Positions 41,015 through 50,683 of a DNA stretch of 64,000 bases are shown here, one piece after another. The first letter of the stretch is position 1. Every line of letters begins with the position of its first letter. The stretch comes from a bacterium (lineage in GTDB: Bacteria; Zhuqueibacterota; Zhuqueibacteria; Residuimicrobiales; Krinioviventaceae). The DNA is taken from positions 5,280,001 to 5,344,000 of the forward strand of contig OY843751.1 of NCBI GenBank assembly GCA_963693055.1. The letters run 5' to 3'. The notes beneath the pieces are model-generated. The model was not told where the DNA came from, made no database searches, and was given only the letters and a program-made list of their open reading frames with translations. The position numbers and the translations under genes were made by a program.

Positions 41015-41461
41015 ATGAAGATCTGGGTCGACGCCGATGCCTGCCCAAAACCCATCAAAGAGATACTGTATCGTGCCGCCAACCGGCTGCAAATTGTAAC
41101 GGTACTGGTTGCCAATCAAAACCTGTCTGTTCCCACATCTCCATACATACAAATGACCAGAGTAGATTCCGGTTATGATCAGGCGGACAAGTACATTATG
41201 CAGATGACACAATCACGAGACATAATCATTACCGCAGACATTCCCATGGCTGCCGAAGTCATTGCCAAAGGTGCGGTGGTTTTGACGCCACGTGGACGTG
41301 TATATACGGAAGAAAATATAGGCGAGCAACTCTCTATCCGTAATTTCATGGACGAACTGCGCGGAAACGGAGTTCAAACCGGCGGGCCCCCGCCACTCAA
41401 CATGCGTGACCGGGAAGAGTTTTCAAATCAACTGCAAAAACTGATTAACAGCAGAATCTAA
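41015..41461 (+). CDS. yaiI: YaiI/YqxD (DUF188) PIN-like protein
   Basis: MKIWVDADACP, ADKYI, ITADIPMA, TGGPPP. Confidence 0.93.
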   Translation: MKIWVDADACPKPIKEILYRAANRLQIVTVLVANQNLSVPTSPYIQMTRVDSGYDQADKYIMQMTQSRDIIITADIPMAAEVIAKGAVVLTPRGRVYTEENIGEQLSIRNFMDELRGNGVQTGGPPPLNMRDREEFSNQLQKLINSRI

Positions 41462-41496
41462 GCACCTCACCGGGACATTAACCGGCCATTTTAATT

Positions 41497-41901
41497 TCAA
41501 TTCAACAAATCAACCAAACTTTTTACAACCTGTCCATAACCGCTGTGCACATACAATCCAACTTGTGCAATCAGTTTATAAGCTATGGCAAACTGGGCAA
41601 TGGCATATCCCGCAATGGTAAACTGGCTGATGCTGATCAAGCCTACACCAAACTGCGAAAAGTTGACAATGCCCATACCAAACTGCCCAATGGAAATGAT
41701 CCCTTTGGCAGGCACAGGCACACCATTGGGACGAAATTTAAATGCGATATGAAGCAAAGGCCATCCCAATATTGTGGTTTTGCTTTTAAACTCGTAACCC
41801 CAGCCATCCCATTTTTCTTTATAGGGATAAGGCGCACCACAATTCGGGCAAGCCTGTGCCTGCTCGCTGACCTCATGTTGACATTCACGACATTTTTTCA
41901 T
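41497..41901 (-). CDS. zinc-ribbon protein with Gly/Gln-Phe-rich hydrophobic C-terminus
   Basis: CRECQHEVSEQAQACPNCGAP; GWPLLHI; repeated xQFG/xQFA units. Confidence 0.75.
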   Translation of the reverse strand: MKKCRECQHEVSEQAQACPNCGAPYPYKEKWDGWGYEFKSKTTILGWPLLHIAFKFRPNGVPVPAKGIISIGQFGMGIVNFSQFGVGLISISQFTIAGYAIAQFAIAYKLIAQVGLYVHSGYGQVVKSLVDLLN

Positions 41902-41989
41902 TGCAATACCCTGAATTAAACTCACTACCAGTTAAACACTTGTATTTAAAGAATATTCATGTAAATGCAATTCAACATAAAAACGCAGT

Positions 41990-42766
41990 TTAATCCACTG
42001 CCATGTACGATTCATTGCAGATGTCAATAAAACGCTGCCTCTTTTCGGGTTCCATATATTCAATAATTGTCAGCTTTCGGTCCCAGATCATGTTTATACT
42101 TTCCAGTCCGTCAAAAGAGATCGGACGTGAATGGTCTATGGCGGCAAGTTTTTCTCCATTAAAGATCAACCGCACTCTTGACATGGGTGAAGGATCGTCA
42201 ATGGCATTTTCAAAAATCAACACAGCGTCATATTCCGGCATATCAAACACAGCAAAACTGGGTTCGTATTTAAATTCTTTAATATGATCGGTAAAACAAC
42301 TGCGCACCAAATTGCCTTTATTGGCATTTACAATTTCTACCAGCCGGTTCTCAACTATAGATTCAGGCCGAATATTGTTCTTGTGGGTATATCCGTAAAT
42401 CTCTATACCATATTTCTTTGGCACACCATAAGCACCGCCCGATGTCCAGGCAAAGTACATCGAGTCCGGAATATTCATCATGGCAGTGCCCACCACATTG
42501 CCGTCCCGGTCAAGAATTTCATCGCCTTTGCGAATGGGAAAATCGATATTATACAATTCAGGATCAAGCTTTGCGGAAACCCCTATCTGGCACCAGTCAT
42601 TGCGGATTTGTGTACATTCCACAGTTACACCATCCAGAATCGACATAAAAACAGGTCCGCTTTTACTCAAACGGATGTTTGCGGGACCGTCAATAACTTC
42701 GCCAATGGCAGAAGCAGATATAAAAAATGAAATGATTACGAATACTGTTTTCTTGAATGCGCCCAT
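41990..42766 (-). CDS. secreted hypothetical protein
   Basis: Signal peptide; 258-aa ORF with SD-like GGAGAAGGA; no family recognised. Confidence 0.7.
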   Translation of the reverse strand: MGAFKKTVFVIISFFISASAIGEVIDGPANIRLSKSGPVFMSILDGVTVECTQIRNDWCQIGVSAKLDPELYNIDFPIRKGDEILDRDGNVVGTAMMNIPDSMYFAWTSGGAYGVPKKYGIEIYGYTHKNNIRPESIVENRLVEIVNANKGNLVRSCFTDHIKEFKYEPSFAVFDMPEYDAVLIFENAIDDPSPMSRVRLIFNGEKLAAIDHSRPISFDGLESINMIWDRKLTIIEYMEPEKRQRFIDICNESYMAVD

Positions 42767-42810
42767 ATTTTTCCTTCTCCATTACTGATTTTTATCAATT
42801 CAATAAACAA

Positions 42811-42839
42811 ATACCGGGCCAAATTCAATGACCCGGTAT
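42811..42839 (-). terminator. terminator-like hairpin
   Basis: Minus strand ATACCGGGTCA-TTGAATT-TGGCCCGGTAT followed by TTGTTT. Confidence 0.55.
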
Positions 42840-42865
42840 CAGAGTTGGAAAATTGGCAACCCCAT

Positions 42866-43732
42866 CTAGTTCAAACTCAATCCAGTTAAAACATATTCAT
42901 CATAGGTTGTGTCATTGATTGTGACTGTGGTAGAATCATCAACCACTAATTGCAATACATTGGAATAGGTAAGGGTACGTTTGATCAATCCTTTTTTTGA
43001 AATATAGTCATAAAACTCTACATTAAACTGATCGTACCATTCAGGATCGTACTCAAACAGCCATTGTATCTTGTAACACTCGAATTTTCCTGCCGGTACC
43101 TCTACCTGTTCTTTACCGAGCACAACTTTTTCAATTTTAATAATAGGATGATCATTGGTACGGTAATCCCACCGTGTTCCGGTTATCAATGGATATTGCA
43201 AAGAAAGCAGTGGTGGATCTTCATAGATCATGGAATCAATCATCACCTGGTTAACTGATGCAGCATTGGCTAAATAATCGCCAACCTCCGGAACAGAGTT
43301 GAAATACTTGTCACCAAACAGAATCTTGTTTTTTGGAGATTGTTTGAGAATCATCCAAACAGGTTGACGATACGCATAAAAGTAGAGTCCCTCTGTTCTG
43401 TTCGCAAGCCAACCGTTGGAAACCAGTGTAGAGTTGTCAATTGTTGCTGTTTCTTCCAGGATATATGTTTCAACAGAATCATACAAAGTATCCGTACTTT
43501 TTAATTTTTGTACATAGTATTCGTTAATGATGTTAGTGGTTAAATTGGTGTCAATTTCCAGATAGGCTTCAGGTAGTATCACCGTACGGGTATACTGCCA
43601 CTCGTTGCCTACCTGCATTGGAAAATACAAACTCGTGCCGGTTTCCGGTTCAACCGGATTTTTATCAGACTCGCAGCCCAACATGACAATCAAAGTAATA
43701 ACAATCAAACAGCACAAATTCCTAAATTGCAT
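42866..43732 (-). CDS. lipoprotein with YFP..GN.W.Y and VEVPAGKFECYK motifs (TapB/DUF3108-like fold)
   Basis: Lipobox MLGC; YFPMQVGNEWQY; EQVEVPAGKFECYKI...KGLIK. Confidence 0.75.
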   Translation of the reverse strand: MQFRNLCCLIVITLIVMLGCESDKNPVEPETGTSLYFPMQVGNEWQYTRTVILPEAYLEIDTNLTTNIINEYYVQKLKSTDTLYDSVETYILEETATIDNSTLVSNGWLANRTEGLYFYAYRQPVWMILKQSPKNKILFGDKYFNSVPEVGDYLANAASVNQVMIDSMIYEDPPLLSLQYPLITGTRWDYRTNDHPIIKIEKVVLGKEQVEVPAGKFECYKIQWLFEYDPEWYDQFNVEFYDYISKKGLIKRTLTYSNVLQLVVDDSTTVTINDTTYDEYVLTGLSLN

Positions 43733-43814
43733 AGCAATCCCCTTTACAAGATGGTTGAAAAATTGTAGAGATATTTACCAAAAGAGCCTCCTCCTGCCCT
43801 GCTCTATTGATATG

Positions 43815-43848
43815 TTATATGACGAATCAATGCGTTATTCTGTTTACA
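43815..43848 (-). promoter_or_regulatory. candidate ECF-sigma promoter
   Basis: Minus strand TGTAAAC-N17-CGTCATATAA upstream of the lipoprotein gene. Confidence 0.45.
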
Positions 43849-43912
43849 TCAAAACAAGGATTTATTGTAATTTTACTAAAAGTTCAAGACGTTTATCACC
43901 CTAGTGTTCGAA

Positions 43913-45196
43913 TTAGAAAATATCATCCAACGGGAAATTCTGCAAACGTATCACATAGCTTTCAAAATCCGTATCATACAAAGGATGCCCATAATGGGGC
44001 ATATATTCCGCGACATGTTTTTCAAAACTGATACGAGAGAGCAATCGCACAAACTTGTTATCCAAATCAAGCACAGTAGCTAATATTTTCAAGGGTTGGG
44101 TATAATTCACTCCCCAACCGCCAGTTTCGAAAACAACGCGGCCTTGAATATCTTCATAATACCCGGACCGCTTGAAATAACAACCCAGAAAATCCAGTTC
44201 GTAACCACGTTTGGTAACAATCTTGCCATTGCCTTTACAGAGAAGAACATTCTTTATAAAATCAATATCATGCAATCCGGATGTATACTCGCGGGAATAA
44301 TTGTTATCTGCATTAACATCAATGAGCAAATCTTCTGCCTCTCTGGCCCAGTTAAATCCCAGCAACGGGAAACTGCCATTTTCACCCTCATATCTAAAAC
44401 CGGTCTTTAGATTGATACCCACGGACACTGTCCTTGGCAGCGGATCAGGAGGATCAAACTCGAAATATTGAATTTTATCACCAATGTTGGTTTTGCTGTA
44501 AAAAAATCCCGGATCCACATAAGGAGATATCTGACTGGATATTATTTTTTGGATCATTTTCGAATTCTCAAACAACTCCATTAGCGGACATTCCAGAACC
44601 AATCCAAAATCATATGCGTCTATATCAACAACGTCAAAACTCAACTTGGATTCAATGGATTTACGGGCAAATCCCAAACTTAATCGGACGTGATAATCTA
44701 TAGCAACAGAAACAGCAGTGCCGGTTCCTTTCTCCCAGCTTTCAAGTTTTCCTATGGGCTCGGGACTATCTTCAGTAACAATAGTCTGGGTGCCCAAATC
44801 ATAAATGGTCTCATACCTTGCCAAACCGATAGAGATTGGCAGGTCCCAATAGGTATTCAGATTCATACCGATTATTGTACAACTGGCATCAAAAGTTGGA
44901 CCAAAACCATAGGCAGGGTGCCATTCCGCTTTTTCAGGATAATAACTATATCCCATAAAATTCTTTTGTGCAAACATTCCCAAACTTGCCGGATTCATAA
45001 TGACCGCCATGGGAGATGTGGACGCTATGTTGCCGTATGTCTCTCCCATTGCATTTGCCTGAACAGAGGGCGATGTTTTAAGAAACAAAACCGCTGCTTC
45101 AGAAACCGCCAAAGCGGGTGACGTAACAATTAATGAAAAACCGATCAGAATTAATATTGACAACATGCAAAAAATTAAGGTATAGTGGCGTCGCAT
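43913..45196 (-). CDS. PorV-like outer-membrane beta-barrel protein
   Basis: AVLFLKTSPSVQANAMGE and MNPASL N-terminal signature of the PorV/FadL-like family; NIGDKI, DPLPR. Confidence 0.65.
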   Translation of the reverse strand: MRRHYTLIFCMLSILILIGFSLIVTSPALAVSEAAVLFLKTSPSVQANAMGETYGNIASTSPMAVIMNPASLGMFAQKNFMGYSYYPEKAEWHPAYGFGPTFDASCTIIGMNLNTYWDLPISIGLARYETIYDLGTQTIVTEDSPEPIGKLESWEKGTGTAVSVAIDYHVRLSLGFARKSIESKLSFDVVDIDAYDFGLVLECPLMELFENSKMIQKIISSQISPYVDPGFFYSKTNIGDKIQYFEFDPPDPLPRTVSVGINLKTGFRYEGENGSFPLLGFNWAREAEDLLIDVNADNNYSREYTSGLHDIDFIKNVLLCKGNGKIVTKRGYELDFLGCYFKRSGYYEDIQGRVVFETGGWGVNYTQPLKILATVLDLDNKFVRLLSRISFEKHVAEYMPHYGHPLYDTDFESYVIRLQNFPLDDIF

Positions 45197-45254
45197 AAAA
45201 TCCCCTTTTTGTCTATCGAGAGAGTTCACATATCTGGTTATTTGTCTAATGCCT

Positions 45255-45722
45255 TTAAAAATAAAATGGCAGATTAAACAAATATGGATTTTTAAATGTT
45301 GCTATAACCTCTAAAACTATGGTGATATCATAACCATCTCCCCATTTCGTAAAATTAAATTTTACCAAGTTGGCATCATAATTATATTTGTATCCGAATT
45401 CAATTTTATCATTTTCAAATTCGAGATATGTTGTGGATGGAATCATATCTGAAATCCAGGCAATATCCGGCTCTTCAGGGGTATTTTTAATAAATGCCTC
45501 AACATGCAAAGGCTCTAATTCGCTATTTCCGGTAATGACAAAATGGACCGAATCCTCCCCAATAAATGAAACCTCGCAGGACGTTATAAAATCTTCATCC
45601 ATTGACACGATTTCTGAATATGGATACTCCCGCTCCGGTTCCAACGGATTATCATCTTCCGAACAGGATAAGCTGCAAATTATCATAAAACAAACCGGCA
45701 AAAACACTAGTAATTTTTTCAT
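45255..45722 (-). CDS. hypothetical lipoprotein
   Basis: Lipobox SLSC then SEDDNPLEP; AT-rich. Confidence 0.7.
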   Translation of the reverse strand: MKKLLVFLPVCFMIICSLSCSEDDNPLEPEREYPYSEIVSMDEDFITSCEVSFIGEDSVHFVITGNSELEPLHVEAFIKNTPEEPDIAWISDMIPSTTYLEFENDKIEFGYKYNYDANLVKFNFTKWGDGYDITIVLEVIATFKNPYLFNLPFYF

Positions 45723-45861
45723 TTTTTTGCTTTCCTGAATGCAATACAGTGTTGGGATTGTAAAAGGTTTCCCCGTAATCCCCTTTTAAAAAATACTATA
45801 ATCCGGTAAAAGAATCAAGAAATTAATATTATTGAAATACATATTTAGACCAATTTTCACA

Positions 45862-45896
45862 TGACGGAGAGCGCTTTGCTTAACTCCGTCACGATC
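45862..45896. repeat. GTGACGGAGA palindrome, copy 3
   Basis: TGACGGAGAGCGCTTTGCTTAACTCCGTCACGATC. Confidence 0.8.
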
Positions 45897-45913
45897 AAAA
45901 AAAGTGACATTTC

Positions 45914-47391
45914 ATTTATACCAGTTGCCTCATAATAAAATGTAACCGTAGTTATTAGAGAGGAAAAAGGAATAATGAACAAGACTATCATAAGACTCTG
46001 TCCTTCCAAAAACGTCTCCGCCCGTTTCTATCTGTCAGTGCGAAGATATCTAATAACTACAGACCATTTTAATTGGGTAGCCCAAGGCCACCTTGCATAA
46101 AATATGAAGAATGTAAAATAAAACAAACGATATAAATTATTTTTGTAAAGCTGTTCTTTGAATACGATTAATTTTTTCAACCATAGTTTTTTGCAAAAAG
46201 AATGGATCAAGTGCGTGAAACTGTTTGGTTAATTTTGATTTGGTACTCTGATCAATAAAGTCAGATTCAACAAGCCGCTGGTAAGGAGTTTTGGGCTTGT
46301 CATATTTTTTGATAATTTTTGACCCGACGCGTTTTTTTTCGAGCAGCTTAACAGATGGTATAAAAAAGTTAAAATACAAACGCCATTCCGTGGTGTAGAG
46401 TTGGTTCATCATATCAACAAGCTCGATTTTATCAAAACGCTCATAGCCTAAATACTGCCGAACATGTGTCCAGTTTTTTTCTTCAATATGAGCATTGTCA
46501 TTTTTCTGGTAAGCACGGGACCTTGTAAAGCGGATTGGTTTATCTCTATTTACAAAGTGCCCGTATAGATGCCAGTTTAAGAATTCGGAGCCATTGTCGC
46601 AATCAAAGCCGAGAAGTTTAAATGGCAGGGTATGCTCAATATTATCAATTGCTTGCAATGTGCCTCGCTCACCTTTTCCCCAGATGGCGCGCTGTTCGGT
46701 CCAGCCGGTTGCGATATCAACAGTGTTGACAGTATAAACAAACTGTCCTTCAACTGAGGTGCCGCAATGGGCAACAGTATCCGCTTCGAGATAACCGGGC
46801 GTTGTCTCATCCCATTGATTGGTTTTTACAGGGATGTGCTTTTTGAGGATTGAACCTGGTTTGGTGGTGGCCAGTCCCTGTTTGGTAAATTTTGCACGGT
46901 TTGGCTTCATAAGTCGATCAATGGTTGCCGGTGATATTTGTAACAAATCGATTTTAACACTATCGGATAGAGGGAATGGATAATGAGGCAACCAAATCGG
47001 TATAATGGCTTTTAAATTTTTAGAACAGGGAAGGTTGGTCTTTTTCCACAAGTAGACTAGTGTTTTAAGGATTTCTGGATCAGAGTATTTGACTTTACGC
47101 CCTCGTTTTTTATACGTGACATTGATTGTTGATTGCTCCCTGGCATTGAGGAGTCGAATAGCATATTTTCGATTGTATTTGCATACAGCACAAAACTCGT
47201 CCAGTATTTTTTGTTTCTCTGTTTTGCTTGCTTTTTGATATCGCATTTTGATTGAGGCTGCATATTCTTTTTTTGATTTGGGTCCCATAATTTATGTCTC
47301 CAAATAACTCTATAGTTACATAAATTATGAGGCAACGTCTATATTCCCATTTTCTCATGGTTACTTTTTTTATGAGTCAATGCGTATAACA
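45914..47391 (-). mobile_element. insertion sequence (about 1.48 kb) with rve/DDE transposase, ISNCY/IS481-like
   Basis: Inverted ends TTATACCAGTTGCCTCATAATAAAATGTAACC (45916-45947) and GGTTAC-T-run-ATGAGTCAATGCGTATAACA (47359-47391); extra internal copy at 47314-47336; no target duplication seen. Confidence 0.8.
46137..47288 (-). CDS. DDE transposase (integrase-core/rve type)
   Basis: YNRKYAIRLL HTH, SPATIDR, PGYLEADTVAHCG, DCDNGSEF, RSRAYQKNDNAHIEEKN, KTPYQR; GGAG SD. Confidence 0.93.
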   Translation of the reverse strand: MGPKSKKEYAASIKMRYQKASKTEKQKILDEFCAVCKYNRKYAIRLLNAREQSTINVTYKKRGRKVKYSDPEILKTLVYLWKKTNLPCSKNLKAIIPIWLPHYPFPLSDSVKIDLLQISPATIDRLMKPNRAKFTKQGLATTKPGSILKKHIPVKTNQWDETTPGYLEADTVAHCGTSVEGQFVYTVNTVDIATGWTEQRAIWGKGERGTLQAIDNIEHTLPFKLLGFDCDNGSEFLNWHLYGHFVNRDKPIRFTRSRAYQKNDNAHIEEKNWTHVRQYLGYERFDKIELVDMMNQLYTTEWRLYFNFFIPSVKLLEKKRVGSKIIKKYDKPKTPYQRLVESDFIDQSTKSKLTKQFHALDPFFLQKTMVEKINRIQRTALQK

Positions 47392-47493
47392 AATAAACCA
47401 TTTTAACAATTGACTATTTCACGCTTAAATTGTATAATAACCAATGCTATAATCCAATACATTCTTTTCACCTATTTTCAAAAAGGATAAACA

Positions 47494-48684
47494 ATGAAGT
47501 CTTTCCGGTATATTTTATTGTCAGGTATAATTTTGATCAATCTGTCCTGCACAACGACAAAAGAACAACCCGAAATCATTGCAGAAACACCGCCAATGGG
47601 CTGGATGAGTTGGTATACTTTTATTGATCAAATCAATGAAGACCTCATCATGCAAATTGCGGATTCAATGGTGAGTAAAGGTCTGGTGGAAGCGGGTTAT
47701 AATATTGTCCAGTTGGATGATGGCTGGATGGCAATGACAAGAGATGAAAAAGGACGTCAATTTGCCGACAAGACACGGTTTCCAAGCGGCATGAAGGCCC
47801 TGGCAGACTATTTACATGAACGGGGACTAAAACTAGGTATTTACTCATCCTCCGGCAGTCAAACCTGTGCCGGCTATCCCGGAAGCTATAATCACGAAGA
47901 AATAGACGCAAACACCTATGCGGAATGGGGAGTGGATTACCTGAAATATGATGCATGTGGAGACCGTGAAGGTATTAATGATAAAGAAATTTACGCCAAA
48001 ATGAGAAATTTTTTAAATGCTACCGGACGCCCCTTTCTTTTTGAAATTTGTATATTTTACAGCGACACAACCTATCTGTGGGGCGGTGAAATTGCCAATA
48101 TGTGGCGAACCGGTGGAGATATTGTTAAATGGATAGATAAAAATCCCATTGTGACCTGGGAAAACTGGTATGAAAATCTGAACCAGGTCGTTGGCAAAGA
48201 AGCATATGCAGGCAAGGGCCATTGGAACGATCCCGACAATTTGATTATAGGATATCCCCGCAACAATCAACAGACATTTGAAGAGCAAAAAGCCCAATTC
48301 AGTTTCTGGAGTCTGGTTGCAGCGCCCCTGATCCAGAGTGCGGATATCCGACATTTAACGCCCGAAATAGAATCAATCATTCTAAATAAAGAAGTCATTG
48401 CCATTAATCAGGACAAGGCTGGTATTCAGGGGAAAAGGATCAAATCAGAAAACGATCATGAACTGTGGGTCAAAGCGTTGCAGGACGGTTCAAAAGCTAT
48501 AATCTTGTTTAATAAAAAAGACACAGCGGATAAAGTGACTTTTGATCTGGCTGACATCAATGAGACCGGCACGTTCAAAGTCAGGGATTTATGGGAACAT
48601 GCCGATAAAGGGACAATTACCGATTCTTTTTCAGCAATGGCTGCACCACATGGTGTTGTTATGCTTAAATTATCAAAAATCTAA
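47494..48684 (+). CDS. GH27 alpha-galactosidase-type lipoprotein
   Basis: TPPMGW, LDDGW, GLKLGIY, WGVDYLKYDAC, WRTGGDI, GHWNDPDNL, VRDLW. Confidence 0.93.
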   Translation: MKSFRYILLSGIILINLSCTTTKEQPEIIAETPPMGWMSWYTFIDQINEDLIMQIADSMVSKGLVEAGYNIVQLDDGWMAMTRDEKGRQFADKTRFPSGMKALADYLHERGLKLGIYSSSGSQTCAGYPGSYNHEEIDANTYAEWGVDYLKYDACGDREGINDKEIYAKMRNFLNATGRPFLFEICIFYSDTTYLWGGEIANMWRTGGDIVKWIDKNPIVTWENWYENLNQVVGKEAYAGKGHWNDPDNLIIGYPRNNQQTFEEQKAQFSFWSLVAAPLIQSADIRHLTPEIESIILNKEVIAINQDKAGIQGKRIKSENDHELWVKALQDGSKAIILFNKKDTADKVTFDLADINETGTFKVRDLWEHADKGTITDSFSAMAAPHGVVMLKLSKI

Positions 48685-48692
48685 ATTCTCTA

Positions 48693-48728
48693 GTGACGGA
48701 TTTCGCTCCGCTTATCTCCGTCACAATC
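48693..48728. repeat. GTGACGGAGA palindrome, copy 4
   Basis: GTGACGGATTTCGCTCCGCTTATCTCCGTCACAATC, 8 bp after the GH27 stop. Confidence 0.75.
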
Positions 48729-48765
48729 TAAAGTCCGGTTCCTGAGTGTCCTTCCGCCAACAGCA

Positions 48766-48816
48766 GTAGGATGCGTTTCAGCGCATCATATATTGATGCG
48801 GCAAGCCGCATCCTAC
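48766..48816. repeat. GTAG-tagged REP doublet (REPIN)
   Basis: GTAGGATGCG-TTTCAG-CGCATC / ATATATT / GATGCG-GCAAGC-CGCATCCTAC. Confidence 0.8.
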
Positions 48817-49075
48817 GGACTGGCCCCGCTCATCCTTTCGCAACCGAAACCGGTGACGGTGAATAAAAGCCAATCAGCAATCCTGGAGGTCAAGGCCGCA
48901 GCGGTCCCCAAGGCACAATATCAATGGTACAGAGACGGCAAAGCGATCAAGGGCGCAACCCAAGCTGTATACAAAATTGCCAAAGCAAAATCCAAAGACG
49001 CGGCTGAATACTCGGTAGAGGTTAAAAACAGTTCCGGCTGTATGAAAAGCCAACCTGTTCTGGTAAACGTTCTTA
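48817..49075 (+). pseudogene. orphan immunoglobulin I-set-like domain fragment
   Basis: APLILSQPKPVTV...YQWYRDG..I.GAT...DAAEYSVEVKN; no signal peptide or proper start; begins at the REPIN edge and reads into the next palindrome. Confidence 0.65.
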
Positions 49076-49086
49076 GATCGACTTTA

Positions 49087-49123
49087 CGTGAAGGAGAGCG
49101 CTTTGCTTGTCTCCGTCACGATC
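49087..49123. repeat. GTGACGGAGA palindrome, copy 5
   Basis: CGTGAAGGAGAGCGCTTTGCTTGTCTCCGTCACGATC. Confidence 0.8.
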
Positions 49124-49196
49124 AGGGGGATAATGTTTTATTTGCGTTCATCTGTGGTTAATTATTATCCGATATCACAATCAATCAGTCCACATT

Positions 49197-49227
49197 TGAC
49201 GGACAAACGAAATGAATTTCGTTCTAC
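49197..49227 (-). repeat. GTAG-tagged REP, ACGAAAT family, copy 3
   Basis: Reverse complement GTAGAACGAAATTCATTTCGTTTGTCCGTCA. Confidence 0.75.
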
Positions 49228-49329
49228 CGTTTTCGTGCTTTTTAGTGTGTTTCGTGGGCAGTCTTTTTAAAATCTTTTGACACCAATAAAACATTTTTCT
49301 TTTCTCCATAATCCATCGTATATTTACGC

Positions 49330-50682
49330 ATGACTGAACAATACACCCAAATCACAGAGATCCTTCACACCATCCCCAAATACGGCAGCGGTATTGGATT
49401 GCATCGCACCAACGCCGTGTTGCAGGAGCTGCTGGGTCTGGACTGGCACCGGCGCATCCCGGCTATTCACATTACCGGTTCTAACGGCAAGGGATCGACC
49501 GCCGGGTTTACCGCCGCGCTGTTGACGCAAATGGGATTCAAAACCGGGCTCTTTACTTCACCGCACTTTTTTGCGTATAACGAGCGGTTCAAAGTTAATG
49601 GAGAGATCATCCCCACTCCCGAGCTGTACCGACTGTTAAAATCCGGTTTGGACCGTATCAAACAGTACGAGACAACACACCCGGACGAAAAATTTGGTCG
49701 ATTTGAATTATTATTCATCACTGCCATGCTGTATTTCACCGAACAAAACGTTGACGCGATTGTGCTGGAAGCCGGTATTGGCGGACGCTATGACACCACC
49801 CGTCTCGCACAGGGTAGTACCGCTGTGCTAACCTCAGTGGATCTGGAGCACGCTGCATTACTGGGCAACTCGCTTGAACTGATTGCCTATGACAAAAGCG
49901 ATATTTGTCCCCCAGAAGGGAAACTGATCATCGGCAATGTGGATGAGACCTTGCGGCAAAAACTTGTTTCCTATAACACGCTCCGAAATGTCCGTATCGA
50001 ATTTTTAACAGAGATCGCCACCATCCACAACATTGACTATACCGGGCTGGGCATGACCGCATCCTTTGCAATCGACGGCATTGAATTCAAAAACATCTCG
50101 TATTCCATGCCGGGTGAGCACATGGTTGGCAATTCCATTCTGGCAATCCGGGCAGTACAGAATTTTTTGCAAGATCAGCAGAAACCGGCAGTACCGGAAG
50201 CCCTTCAAACCACTGTTCAATCCGCTTTTGCAACGCTCCCCGCAAATGGCCGACTCGAAAAGCTGCAGGATTCCCCTCCTCTCTATATCGACACCGCCCA
50301 TACTCCGGATGCGATCCGTACCCTGCTGAAAACCTCCCGGGACTTGTTCAAAGATCAGGTCATACTGGTTACCGGTGTATCAGCGGACAAAAATGTTGCC
50401 CCCATTGTTGAACTGCTGGGCAGCATTGCCAATACAGTGATCTGTACCCAGGCACGTCACAAGGGCAGTGATCCGAGTAAAATCCAGGCTATCGTCAAGC
50501 AAGCGTATCCATCTCTATCATGCCTGACAACCCCATCGGTCAAAGAAGCTATTGAACGCGCTCAGGAAATGGCATCCGAGCATAAAAATCCGGTAATATT
50601 GGTAGCAGGTGGATTATTTCTGGCTGTAGAGGCCAAAGCGATACTAGAGGGTAAAAATCCGGATGATTTATTATTCTTTTAA
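49330..50682 (+). CDS. FolC-like Mur-ligase-family protein (folylpolyglutamate/dihydrofolate synthase-like)
   Basis: HITGSNGKGST, GLFTSPH, ERF, FE, EAGIGGRYDTT, TSVDLEH, GRLE, DTAHT, AGGLFL. Confidence 0.85.
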   Translation: MTEQYTQITEILHTIPKYGSGIGLHRTNAVLQELLGLDWHRRIPAIHITGSNGKGSTAGFTAALLTQMGFKTGLFTSPHFFAYNERFKVNGEIIPTPELYRLLKSGLDRIKQYETTHPDEKFGRFELLFITAMLYFTEQNVDAIVLEAGIGGRYDTTRLAQGSTAVLTSVDLEHAALLGNSLELIAYDKSDICPPEGKLIIGNVDETLRQKLVSYNTLRNVRIEFLTEIATIHNIDYTGLGMTASFAIDGIEFKNISYSMPGEHMVGNSILAIRAVQNFLQDQQKPAVPEALQTTVQSAFATLPANGRLEKLQDSPPLYIDTAHTPDAIRTLLKTSRDLFKDQVILVTGVSADKNVAPIVELLGSIANTVICTQARHKGSDPSKIQAIVKQAYPSLSCLTTPSVKEAIERAQEMASEHKNPVILVAGGLFLAVEAKAILEGKNPDDLLFF

Positions 50683-50683
50683 A

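Noticed and set aside
45924-47381. IS-end motifs as XerCD dif sites
   Set aside because: Only TTATG resembles the XerD arm; the 11-6-11 dif layout is absent and the motifs are better explained as transposase-binding repeats
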